Below, one piece after another: positions 1 to 7,325 of a DNA stretch of 26,192 nt. Positions within the stretch are counted from its first letter, which is position 1, and every line of letters begins with the position of its first letter. Source of the stretch: a virus (taxonomy: Duplodnaviria > Caudoviricetes); IMG/VR virus record IMGVR_UViG_3300020162_001958, positions 1 to 26,192 of that record. One strand, 5' to 3'. The notes beneath the pieces are model-generated. The model did no database searches. It saw only the letters and a program-made list of their open reading frames with translations, and was not told where the DNA came from. Position numbers and translations under genes: made by a program.

Positions 1-13
1 ACCATACCGGCTC

Positions 14-1021
14 ATGAATGAACCAGTGCGTGCGTTGAGGTCCGAAGAGCCAAAGTTCAACCCGGATCCGCCGCCGCTTTGCCAATCGGCCGAAGAGCCA
101 GCGGCGCCGCAGAACAAGGCCGTGGCCTTAGTTGAAGCGGTCATTGGCCTGAACGAGCAGCAGGCCGCCACCGAAGCTCGGCTCAATGGCATGAAAGCCT
201 GGGCCGAAACGGTCAAGGGACAGCTAAAGACCCTGCAAGCACAGATTGTGAGCCTCGACGGCGCCCAAACCATTGTGGCGCAACAGATTTCTGTTTTAGA
301 TCAACGAACTGATCGAACTGATCGTAGTGATCAAGAGTTGCCGCCAGCTGCGGCCAGTCCTCACGATGCACCGGATGAGGTGATGGGCTATCGCCCTTCG
401 CCCGAGCAGCTCGCTCAGCTGTTCACCGCGCTGGCTGAATGGCAGGCCGCAGCCCCGGGCCTGAGCAAAACAGGCACGGCAAAAATTGAGACCACCGACG
501 GCAAAAAAGCCAGCTACGATTTTGCCACCCCTGGCGATGTGAGCGCGTTGGCCCGCACCGCTGGCGCCCAAGGCCTGAGCCATTTCCACCGGGAGGTGGT
601 CATGGCCAACTCCTCAGTGATCCGCACTTATTTAGTGCATAGTGCTGGTGGGTTTATTTGGTGCAATGTACCGCTCTTGCAGAAGGAAAACAAGCTGTGG
701 AGCCCTATGCAGAGATGGTCTGCGGCTTGCACTGCCGCCAAGCGAATGGGCATTTTATCGGTGATGGGGATTCTTCCTGCGGATATTGATGACGACTGCA
801 ACCCCACAGGCGGTGGTGGTGGTGGTCGCCAGGGCGGTGGCCGTCCACCAGGTGGTGGTGATCCCCTCAAGCCGCCGCCGTTGCCGGCCGAAAATATCCG
901 CCGGATAGGTCCTGGCGCTCGCCCTGCTGGAGCACCTGGCGGCACGGCACCGGCCAGTGCGCCGCAGCCTGCAGCCCGCGATTCAGCAGTTTCCCCGGCA
1001 GCAGCCAAGGCCTACGCCTGA
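14..1021 (+). CDS. erf: ERF-family single-strand annealing protein (divergent) with N-terminal coiled coil and Gly/Pro-rich tail
   Basis: Core LFTALAEWQ...K...YDFAT...GLS...RTYLVHSAGGFI...Q.WSAACTAAKRMGILSVMGI...DDDCN follows the ERF pattern (H.SG..I; Q..GSA.TYA.RY.L....GI...DDDGN). Confidence 0.75.
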   Translation: MNEPVRALRSEEPKFNPDPPPLCQSAEEPAAPQNKAVALVEAVIGLNEQQAATEARLNGMKAWAETVKGQLKTLQAQIVSLDGAQTIVAQQISVLDQRTDRTDRSDQELPPAAASPHDAPDEVMGYRPSPEQLAQLFTALAEWQAAAPGLSKTGTAKIETTDGKKASYDFATPGDVSALARTAGAQGLSHFHREVVMANSSVIRTYLVHSAGGFIWCNVPLLQKENKLWSPMQRWSAACTAAKRMGILSVMGILPADIDDDCNPTGGGGGGRQGGGRPPGGGDPLKPPPLPAENIRRIGPGARPAGAPGGTAPASAPQPAARDSAVSPAAAKAYA

Positions 1022-1024
1022 TTT

Positions 1025-1258
1025 CTGGGCAGACCGGCAAAACTCCAGGTGAACCTCCGTCCCCATGCTCTCCACTGCCCGGCTTAGGTGGTGGCCGCCG
1101 TTAAACCGAGCGAAGGGAAACTACGGCAGGGCCTCTGGGTGAGCCAAGCCTCTGACACAAGCTTGGGCGGTCCCAGCGAGGACAGCCGTTGACGCCAACC
1201 CTGCGTGGGGCTTGAGGGGCGGCTGCAAGGCAACATCGGGTTACCGGTCGTAAGACCC
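1025..1258 (+). ncRNA. Candidate structured RNA in the erf / ORF1306 intergenic region
   Basis: Series of hairpins read by eye (CTGGGCAG/CTGCCCGG, GCCGT/ACGGC, CCAAGC/GCTTGG, GTCC/GGAC, CAGCCG/CGGCTG, GGTC-GTAA-GACC) in the only long intergenic gap; no family recognised. Confidence 0.35.
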
Positions 1259-1305
1259 AACCATTTCTAATGTTCAACTCCGTTACCTGAAACCATTCCA
1301 ATCCC

Positions 1306-1773
1306 ATGGAAGTGCAACTTGACAATCGGGCCGCGGCCTTTTTCCACGATGCCGCCGGCTGCCTCCTGCCCGATGCCGCCGATGCGGGAGCCGGCCACGC
1401 GCCACTGCTGCTGATTGCCCGATGCGGATCGATGGGGCTGCGGGCCGATGGCACCCTGGTGCGGCTGCAGCGCCCTGCGGAATGGCCCAATGGGGCCTAT
1501 GGGGAGTGGGTGGAGATCAATGGCCAGGCGCTCAACCTCGACCAGGCCGTAGAGGTGGTGGAAGCCGCAGAGGACTTGTTTTTGCTGCCACGCCACACCC
1601 TGGACATGGAAAACCTGTGGCTCGTTTGCCAGATGTGGGCCCTGGCCAGTGAGGTGCATGGTGCACCGCTGCGGGAGGCCCTGGAGCGGGTGCAGGCTCT
1701 GGAGCAGCAGCTGGCCGCCACCCACCAGCTGCTGCTCAGCCTGGAGCTGCCGGAAGAAAGCCGGCCTCATTGA
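1306..1773 (+). CDS. Hypothetical phage protein with C-terminal coiled coil
   Basis: 155-aa ORF, GC3-rich codons, C-rich leader (CCAATCCC-ATG), stop overlaps next start (TGATG). Confidence 0.8.
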   Translation: MEVQLDNRAAAFFHDAAGCLLPDAADAGAGHAPLLLIARCGSMGLRADGTLVRLQRPAEWPNGAYGEWVEINGQALNLDQAVEVVEAAEDLFLLPRHTLDMENLWLVCQMWALASEVHGAPLREALERVQALEQQLAATHQLLLSLELPEESRPH

Positions 1774-2201
1774 TGAGCACCCGCGTCTATCGCCGCAAAC
1801 CGGCCGCAGCCAAGCAGAGCAGTCCGCTGGAAAACGCCTTTGTCGGCAAATGGTTGCGTGATTGCGCCGATCTGCCCTTCGAGCGGAATTACGTGGTGCC
1901 TGGCTGGCAGGACTGGGCTCGCGAAAAGAAGGCCCTGGGGCTGGTCACCAGGGCCGTGCCCTTCCGGGGGGATTTCGCTTGGCCGGCGGCCCGGGTCTGC
2001 GTTGAGATCCAGGGCGCCACTTTTGTGGTGGGTGGCCATAGCACCGGCCCTGGCATCGAGCGTGATGCCATCAAAAATTTCACAGCTCAGCTATCTGGCT
2101 GGGCTTGTCTTGCCATCACTGCTGGAATGCTGCTTCACGGCAACGGTGAGCGCATCTGGCTGCCCAAGCTTCGCCAACTGATTTTGGATCGCTCCCGATG
2201 A
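1773..2201 (+). CDS. PD-(D/E)XK endonuclease, DUF559/Vsr-like phage family
   Basis: Motifs SPLE..F, FRGDFAWP...VCVEIQG...GGH...G.ERD..K...AQLSGW; ATG at 1773 coupled to upstream TGA (TTG at 1770 is the alternative start). Confidence 0.78.
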   Translation: MSTRVYRRKPAAAKQSSPLENAFVGKWLRDCADLPFERNYVVPGWQDWAREKKALGLVTRAVPFRGDFAWPAARVCVEIQGATFVVGGHSTGPGIERDAIKNFTAQLSGWACLAITAGMLLHGNGERIWLPKLRQLILDRSR

Positions 2202-2980
2202 CTCTCCCCTGCATTGATGAATTTGTGGCCAAGCCCCTGCAGCTGATCGTGAAAGGTCGCCTTGCTGCGACCGGTGGTGTTGACGGGCCAGACATGAGGC
2301 CTTTTGCTCAATCGGAGGAACTACCGCCCCATTTATTCTCCGAGGCTTTTTATTCAGGTATCCACATCCGCAGATCTGATTCTGATCAGGTGTTCCAGGT
2401 CTGGGATTTGTTTAATACTAAAACCATTCAGATCGGCTTGCCAGCTAATGCCAAGGTGATCTTTGGCGTTATGTTGACTAATAAAGCAAATCCCTCCCTG
2501 GCGCAGCTGCAACGCTGCCATTGCCTGGAGCTGGCCAGGCCAGAGCTGGTTAATGGAACCGATGGAGAGGCCCTGGTGACACTGCAACTGCCGGTGGGGT
2601 CGCTCCGCCTTTGCGATCAGCGGCCGATTGACCAGCCCCCGCCACCGGCCAACACAGACGGGCGCACCCCATTGGGGCAGCTGCAAGCCAACTGGCGCGG
2701 CCAAGGGCCAAACCTGGTTTTGACGCACCCGATTTTTAACGCCGGGGATTACGCTGGGCCTCCTATCCATGACCGAATAGCCAGCGCGAAGGTGGTAACG
2801 CCTGGCGGCAGGCAGCGCAGGTGGCATAAGCGCTATTTCTTTCATAAGGACCCAACCAAGCCAAATCAAATCACCTCAATTGTCTACAGGGACCAAACGG
2901 GTGCAATTTTTTATGCGGAGGAGTTCACCCGCCGACCCGATGGCGAAATGGTCACCACGGCATTCGAGTTTGAGAATTGA
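2198..2980 (+). CDS. Hypothetical protein (260 aa, no recognisable motif)
   Basis: ATGA overlap with endonuclease stop; followed by a terminator. Confidence 0.75.
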   Translation: MTLPCIDEFVAKPLQLIVKGRLAATGGVDGPDMRPFAQSEELPPHLFSEAFYSGIHIRRSDSDQVFQVWDLFNTKTIQIGLPANAKVIFGVMLTNKANPSLAQLQRCHCLELARPELVNGTDGEALVTLQLPVGSLRLCDQRPIDQPPPPANTDGRTPLGQLQANWRGQGPNLVLTHPIFNAGDYAGPPIHDRIASAKVVTPGGRQRRWHKRYFFHKDPTKPNQITSIVYRDQTGAIFYAEEFTRRPDGEMVTTAFEFEN

Positions 2981-3006
2981 AGCCGCCACCGTCCAGGGTT
3001 CAGCTG

Positions 3007-3051
3007 GCCCCTGCGAGTGTCCCAAGTGCGGGACACTCGCGGGGGCTTTTT
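3007..3051 (+). terminator. Intrinsic terminator
   Basis: 17-bp stem GCCCCTGCGAGTGTCCC/GGGACACTCGCGGGGGC (one G-U), 6-nt loop, then TTTTT. Confidence 0.85.
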
Positions 3052-3084
3052 CACCAGACTGGTTGATCGCTGCAGCCAGCATTG

Positions 3085-3915
3085 ATGAGCAAACGCCCCC
3101 CGGCCAATGCCCCCCAGGCACCGCGCCCCAGCGCTGCGGAAGACCAGACCCAGGCCGCGGCCAGTACCGATGAGCCGGCTGTGAATCAGGGCCAGAGCCA
3201 GGGACTGGCCCCGGCCCTGGCTTCAGGGGCGGCTAAGCCGCTCTTGACCATCACAGCCACGGCTGATACCTGGCTCAAGAAATTTGCGGCACCCGCCGAT
3301 GAGCTGCCAGCCGGGCAGAAGCTAGCAGCGGCCATTGGGCAGCGTTTTGGCGTGGTGGCCGTCACCGAGCTGCCCCACATCGCCCATGTGGAGGTAGAGC
3401 TGGCCGCCAGTGCTGGCACCTGGATCATCTGGCAGCCCCACTGGAGCGGTTTCTCGGAGCTGCCAAAAGCCACACCCAGTGGGGCAATCGATTGGAACGA
3501 TTTTGGCGCTGCGGTGGGCTGTTACCTGACGGTGGGGGAGGTGCTGCAGTTTGATCGGCTCCGTCGCCCCCCAGCGGATAGCGCGGATATTGGCCGTCTG
3601 CTCAACACGGCCAAGCAGTTTGATGCGGTGCGCAGGGCCTGGGGCGGCCCGTTGGGGGTTACCAGTTTTTACCGCCCCGAGCCGATCAACAGCCAGGTGG
3701 GCGGCGCCAGAAATAGCCAGCATGTTGCCGGCTGTGCCATGGACATCTACCCCATTGGCCGATTGCTGCAGGAATTTTTTGTCTGGATCTACCCTCGCTG
3801 GACTGGCGGCCTTGGCGATGGCCGCAGTCGGGGTTTTATCCACTTGGACACCCGAGGCGGTGGCGGTTTTGCGCCTGGGGCTGGCCGGCGACCAGCAGCT
3901 GTCTGGGATTATTAA
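3085..3915 (+). CDS. Endolysin: peptidase M15A (Zn D-Ala-D-Ala carboxypeptidase-like) with a putative cyanobacterial SH3-like cell-wall-binding domain
   Basis: VTSFYRP..IN..VGGA.NSQH..G.A.D and FIHLD zinc-ligand motifs; N-terminal DTWLKK...L....K...H..V.L.....W.IW.PHW module; TTG at 3082 is the alternative start. Confidence 0.88.
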   Translation: MSKRPPANAPQAPRPSAAEDQTQAAASTDEPAVNQGQSQGLAPALASGAAKPLLTITATADTWLKKFAAPADELPAGQKLAAAIGQRFGVVAVTELPHIAHVEVELAASAGTWIIWQPHWSGFSELPKATPSGAIDWNDFGAAVGCYLTVGEVLQFDRLRRPPADSADIGRLLNTAKQFDAVRRAWGGPLGVTSFYRPEPINSQVGGARNSQHVAGCAMDIYPIGRLLQEFFVWIYPRWTGGLGDGRSRGFIHLDTRGGGGFAPGAGRRPAAVWDY

Positions 3916-3965
3916 TGCCAGCGGGAGCCGCCCGTGCTAACGAGCGGCATATAGCGATTTAGAGG

Positions 3966-4226
3966 CTAGCCGTCAGTAGGCTCAGTGCTGCTGATCTCAG
4001 GAGTTGACTCGCCAAACTCAACGGCGGGATCTACGTATGCCTCGCTGTAGGGCGGCATAGGGTTGTGACTGGTCACGATGCCGCCCCCGTCGGCAAACTT
4101 AACAATGGGGCCAGTTTCCTGCCACGCTGTGATGACATCGGCGTACTGTTCACCAAAACTAATTTTCTGCCCCGGAACATAATCACAGCCTTCAATTGAT
4201 GCGGGCCGCAGAAACTCAACAATCAT
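3966..4226 (-). CDS. Small acidic protein, possible fibre assembly chaperone
   Basis: 86 aa, begins 2 nt after the fibre gene stop, last gene of the operon; function inferred from position only. Confidence 0.65.
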   Translation of the reverse strand: MIVEFLRPASIEGCDYVPGQKISFGEQYADVITAWQETGPIVKFADGGGIVTSHNPMPPYSEAYVDPAVEFGESTPEISSTEPTDG

Positions 4227-4228
4227 GA

Positions 4229-5803
4229 TCAGATTGTGAACAACTCTCCAATGATAGCCCCTGCGGTGACGGACGTGGTGTCATTGTCAGCCAGGCCGGC
4301 GGTGATTGCTATCGCAATGCCAGTGGAATGCAGATAGCCGCCCGCCAGGCCGCCCGTGACAAAGCCATTGGGAGGCACTACGATTCTGGCAAACGTTGCA
4401 GACGTGCCAACCGTAGGCGAGGCTGCCAGGTTGTACAATCGAAGCATTATAGGCGCCGCCGTGGTATTGGTAAGCCAAAACCCTAGCACTTTGCCAGCCG
4501 ATCCCTTTATCGCGGCTGCATTGGTTGAGGCAGCGCTGAAAATACTTGTCTTTGTGGCACCAGCAAACGTAGCAGACGCGCTATACGATTGGATGATAGA
4601 GCCTACGCCGGAAGTGCTAGGAGCTAATTGCGCAATGGCGTTTACTGTTGGGCTGTCTGCCAACTGGACAACGCTCAGGCTGGTGGTGCCGCCAGTCGAG
4701 GCTACCGACTGGCGCAACTGCAACCATTTGCCTAGTCTGGGGATTACATATACACCGGCGGCTGCGATTGCCGTGCCCCAGCTGGAGCCTACGCTGCCTA
4801 TTGGCAGCGATACTGTGGGTCCAAAGTTGGCCCCGTTGTTGGACCATTCAGCAACAATGCTGCCGCCAGTTGCAAGCGATACAGCCTGAATGCTCACCGC
4901 GCTGCAATTACCGCAATCCAGCAGCACCAGCTGCGTGTTAATTGGTATGACGCCTGTTGGGAAACCGGCCGTTGATGTATATGAGGCCTCGGCCAATACG
5001 CCTGTAGCGATCCGCAACGCTTGACCAGCGGTAGTTCCCTGCACCGTCAGCACGTCAGAGCTGGGGCTGCCGGCAGTGCTGAATGCCGGCAATTTTGTCA
5101 AAATCGAACTTAGGCGTTGCGCCAACCGTTGCAGCCGACCATTGAGGCCAGCGCTGGCGGTGTCGCTAGCTGGAGCGGTTTCGTCAGCAGGACCCAGCCG
5201 ATCGTTGGCAGTGCTCAGCGCTGTGTTAGTTGTGACCTGGTTGGTGGCCGTGGCGGCGCCAGTCGGCAAGTTGGCATCCACCAGCAACCTGCCGCTGCTC
5301 AAGGCGGCTGGCAGCCGATCCAGCAGCGCCTGGTAGAGCACCTGCGTCAGCCCCGCTAGGCCGCTGGCGCCACTGGGCAGGGCGGGGGCACCTGTGCCGG
5401 TGGTGCCTATTCGGCTATCAATTGACACCAGTGATTGGTTGCCCGCCGCTTGCAACTCGCTGGTAGACAAAGCAGAACCGCCACTCGCAACGCTACCAGC
5501 AACTACATTCACCTTCAAGGCTGATTGATCTTCAAACAGGATTTGCAGGCGATCACCGCCCTGCATTCCTGCGCAATTAACCGCCAGGGTAAGCGTAGAC
5601 GTGCTACTATTCCAGTTGCCGCTGAGATCATCTCCGGCCTGGGGCTGATACAACAGCCGCTCGCCTTTGCTGTTTGAATTACTGCAATTTGTAATCGTAA
5701 GAATAGACTCCAGCGAAGGCGGCAGAGGCTGCCCCGTGCTTGTGTTGAATGAAACCGTTTTGTTGGCTGGGTTGAACGTGTAGCCAGTTGCGGTAATGAT
5801 CAT
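4229..5803 (-). CDS. Putative tail fibre / spike structural protein
   Basis: N-terminal YTFNP...ILTITN...TLTL...DRLQILFED domain resembling phage fibre N-termini; Ala/Ser/Thr/Gly-rich shaft with two R.G....AP.....(S/A)GL.G repeats; C-terminal beta-rich domains. Confidence 0.7.
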   Translation of the reverse strand: MIITATGYTFNPANKTVSFNTSTGQPLPPSLESILTITNCSNSNSKGERLLYQPQAGDDLSGNWNSSTSTLTLAVNCAGMQGGDRLQILFEDQSALKVNVVAGSVASGGSALSTSELQAAGNQSLVSIDSRIGTTGTGAPALPSGASGLAGLTQVLYQALLDRLPAALSSGRLLVDANLPTGAATATNQVTTNTALSTANDRLGPADETAPASDTASAGLNGRLQRLAQRLSSILTKLPAFSTAGSPSSDVLTVQGTTAGQALRIATGVLAEASYTSTAGFPTGVIPINTQLVLLDCGNCSAVSIQAVSLATGGSIVAEWSNNGANFGPTVSLPIGSVGSSWGTAIAAAGVYVIPRLGKWLQLRQSVASTGGTTSLSVVQLADSPTVNAIAQLAPSTSGVGSIIQSYSASATFAGATKTSIFSAASTNAAAIKGSAGKVLGFWLTNTTAAPIMLRLYNLAASPTVGTSATFARIVVPPNGFVTGGLAGGYLHSTGIAIAITAGLADNDTTSVTAGAIIGELFTI

Positions 5804-5811
5804 TTTAGAAA

Positions 5812-5967
5812 TTAGCGGCGGCCCAGGGCGATGATAAGGCCTACGGTGAGGGCTATATTCCCCACGCCAGGCGGCCCCTGCTTACCTGGAACAATCAAAT
5901 TCAGAACCAGTGGCGTCGTTGATGCCTCGATCACCTGCACAGCAGTGGGAACAACAGGGCCAATCAT
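5812..5967 (-). CDS. Small protein (51 aa) with short collagen-like GKQGPPG and hydrophobic C-terminus
   Basis: ATG at 5967 overlaps upstream TGA (ATGA), fills the gap exactly; shorter than the ORF-track call. Confidence 0.65.
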   Translation of the reverse strand: MIGPVVPTAVQVIEASTTPLVLNLIVPGKQGPPGVGNIALTVGLIIALGRR

Positions 5968-6308
5968 GGAGGTGAAAAATCGACAAACTGCATTAGGCCA
6001 TCCATGTAGCAATGCAACGCGCCGTCAGGCTCCTGCAACCGCAACTCGTAGGGCAATGCTCCATCCAGTATGGAGGTTTGCGCATTTGTTAGTCCGTGGC
6101 TGGTGTGGCCAGGCATCTGGCTAATGTATTGCGTTGCCAACGTGACTAGAACGTTTGTTTTTTTTCGGTCCCACACTACGCAGCTGATAGCGGAGCCGGC
6201 AAGATTTAGCGGTGATCCTTCGCTGTCATACCAATAAAACTCCCAGCTAAAATCAAAACCCTTTTTGATTGGCCGAAAATCGTACCGGAATGCGGTAATA
6301 CTGCTCAC
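5964..6308 (-). CDS. Virion structural protein, BppU/fibre-adaptor-like beta sandwich
   Basis: IKKG.DF...F.W.D..G.PLNL.G...LT..QT..L.....YEL.L..PDG....Y..G pattern typical of phage fibre adaptor domains. Confidence 0.65.
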   Translation of the reverse strand: MSSITAFRYDFRPIKKGFDFSWEFYWYDSEGSPLNLAGSAISCVVWDRKKTNVLVTLATQYISQMPGHTSHGLTNAQTSILDGALPYELRLQEPDGALHCYMDGLMQFVDFSPP

Positions 6309-6311
6309 GGC

Positions 6312-6566
6312 TTAGCTCACGGGTCGGTCGGTTGGCTGCGGCTCTTTCAGGCTTGGATTGTAGGTATTGTAACCTTTTAGGTAGCCAATCTGCTGCGCAG
6401 CTTGCGCCAGGCCCGGCACCTTAGCTACCAACCCACCCGCTAGCCAGCAAACAATCCAGCCCCCAGGTGGCTGGGGGCCCAACTCACATCGGGCAATCAG
6501 GGCCACGCCAAATACCGCCGCGGCCAGCTGGCCAGCTGTGATGCCGCCAAAGATCTGCTGGATCAT
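6312..6566 (-). CDS. Small membrane protein, holin candidate
   Basis: 84 aa with two hydrophobic segments and a polar C-tail; ATGA overlap with upstream gene. Confidence 0.6.
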   Translation of the reverse strand: MIQQIFGGITAGQLAAAVFGVALIARCELGPQPPGGWIVCWLAGGLVAKVPGLAQAAQQIGYLKGYNTYNPSLKEPQPTDRPVS

Positions 6567-6838
6567 GGCCGCTGCTCCAGCTGCCGCACCCGGGTTTCCA
6601 GCGCTTGGAATTGAACGCCAGCGCCCATCGCCTTAATATCTTGCTTGATTTCCCCGATTGCGGCTTGCATCTGGCTGGATTTGGCGTCAATGCGAGCATA
6701 GTCAACCTGCACTTGTATCACCCAGCCGCCCATGGCAAGAACCGCTGGCGCCACGATCGCCAGCAGCAACGTTTTTGGCCACGGGTCGGTTGCGCCGACG
6801 GGGGGGCTATGGGAACGGTTACCCAGCATGGCTGCCAT
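6563..6838 (-). CDS. Single-TM coiled-coil protein (holin/antiholin/i-spanin-like)
   Basis: TM LLLAIVAPAVLAMGGWVI followed by heptad-rich helix; start uncertain (6850, 6838 or 6829). Confidence 0.6.
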   Translation of the reverse strand: MAAMLGNRSHSPPVGATDPWPKTLLLAIVAPAVLAMGGWVIQVQVDYARIDAKSSQMQAAIGEIKQDIKAMGAGVQFQALETRVRQLEQRP

Positions 6839-6866
6839 CAAGCAACCCATGCTAATAGAGTCGCAA

Positions 6867-7262
6867 TCAATTCACCAATGCCATGCGGCCCTGAACGGTA
6901 AAGCCAATTTGAACGGCCATCAAATCTTTTGCGGCCCTAGGGGTGGTAATTGAATCAATAAAGCAATCAGCCACGTACGAGTGTCCGGTAGCACCGTACA
7001 GCACAAAATTAAACCTGTTAGGCGAAGGGTCGTTGTCTAGTATGCGGCTAAACAGCTGCGCGACAATAGCGTTGCTTGGGTCGTAAAGAATCGTCGCGGT
7101 CCCCGTGATGCCGCGATGCTGCTGAAAATATTCCTTGTCGTAGGTGTTTGCAGGCGTTGTTTCTGTTTTGTCTCTGACAATGTTGAGTACCCAATCCATG
7201 GCTGTTGCCACGGTGACATTGTTGTATTTGAGGCCACCATCAGAGCCGTGGATAAATTTCAT
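6867..7262 (-). CDS. Minor tail protein with tail-tube-like fold
   Basis: G.DG.L.....VA...DW.L......ETT.......Y......TG.A...YD...I.FTVQG pattern of tube-like proteins; ATG 7262 preferred (GTG 7274 alternative). Confidence 0.7.
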   Translation of the reverse strand: MKFIHGSDGGLKYNNVTVATAMDWVLNIVRDKTETTPANTYDKEYFQQHRGITGTATILYDPSNAIVAQLFSRILDNDPSPNRFNFVLYGATGHSYVADCFIDSITTPRAAKDLMAVQIGFTVQGRMALVN

Positions 7263-7325
7263 TGCCTGCGCCACCGCTGCGCCATGCTAGGCATTACGCA
7301 GCGGTCTCCAAGGCGATCGCCAGCC

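Noticed and set aside
299-334. Short 9-bp repeats encoding DQRTDRTDRSDQ
   Set aside because: Degenerate microduplication in a linker; no spacers, not CRISPR-like
805-890. Similar GGGGGRQ...PPPLPA stretches in ERF and the tape measure N-terminus (about 17820-17960)
   Set aside because: Low-complexity linkers with different codons; convergence is sufficient
1027-1095. HDV-like ribozyme (GGGCAG/CTGCCC followed by GG)
   Set aside because: No P3/L3 hairpin before the 3' strand of P1 and no matching P2 or J4/2
1035-1246. c-di-GMP-I riboswitch resemblance (GGCAAAAC ... GGGTTACC)
   Set aside because: Ends are about 200 nt apart and the GNRA/receptor and central conserved residues are not seen
3927-3948. 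Terminator between convergent endolysin and tail operon
   Set aside because: Imperfect stem without a U-tract on either strand; possible but too weak to call
6480-6500. Lipobox / o-spanin in the 84-aa membrane protein (LIARC)
   Set aside because: Arg at -1 violates the lipobox consensus and there is no basic N-region
7312-7321. HIP1-like palindrome GGCGATCGCC
   Set aside because: Only one copy noticed; no enrichment, so it is not evidence for host or function
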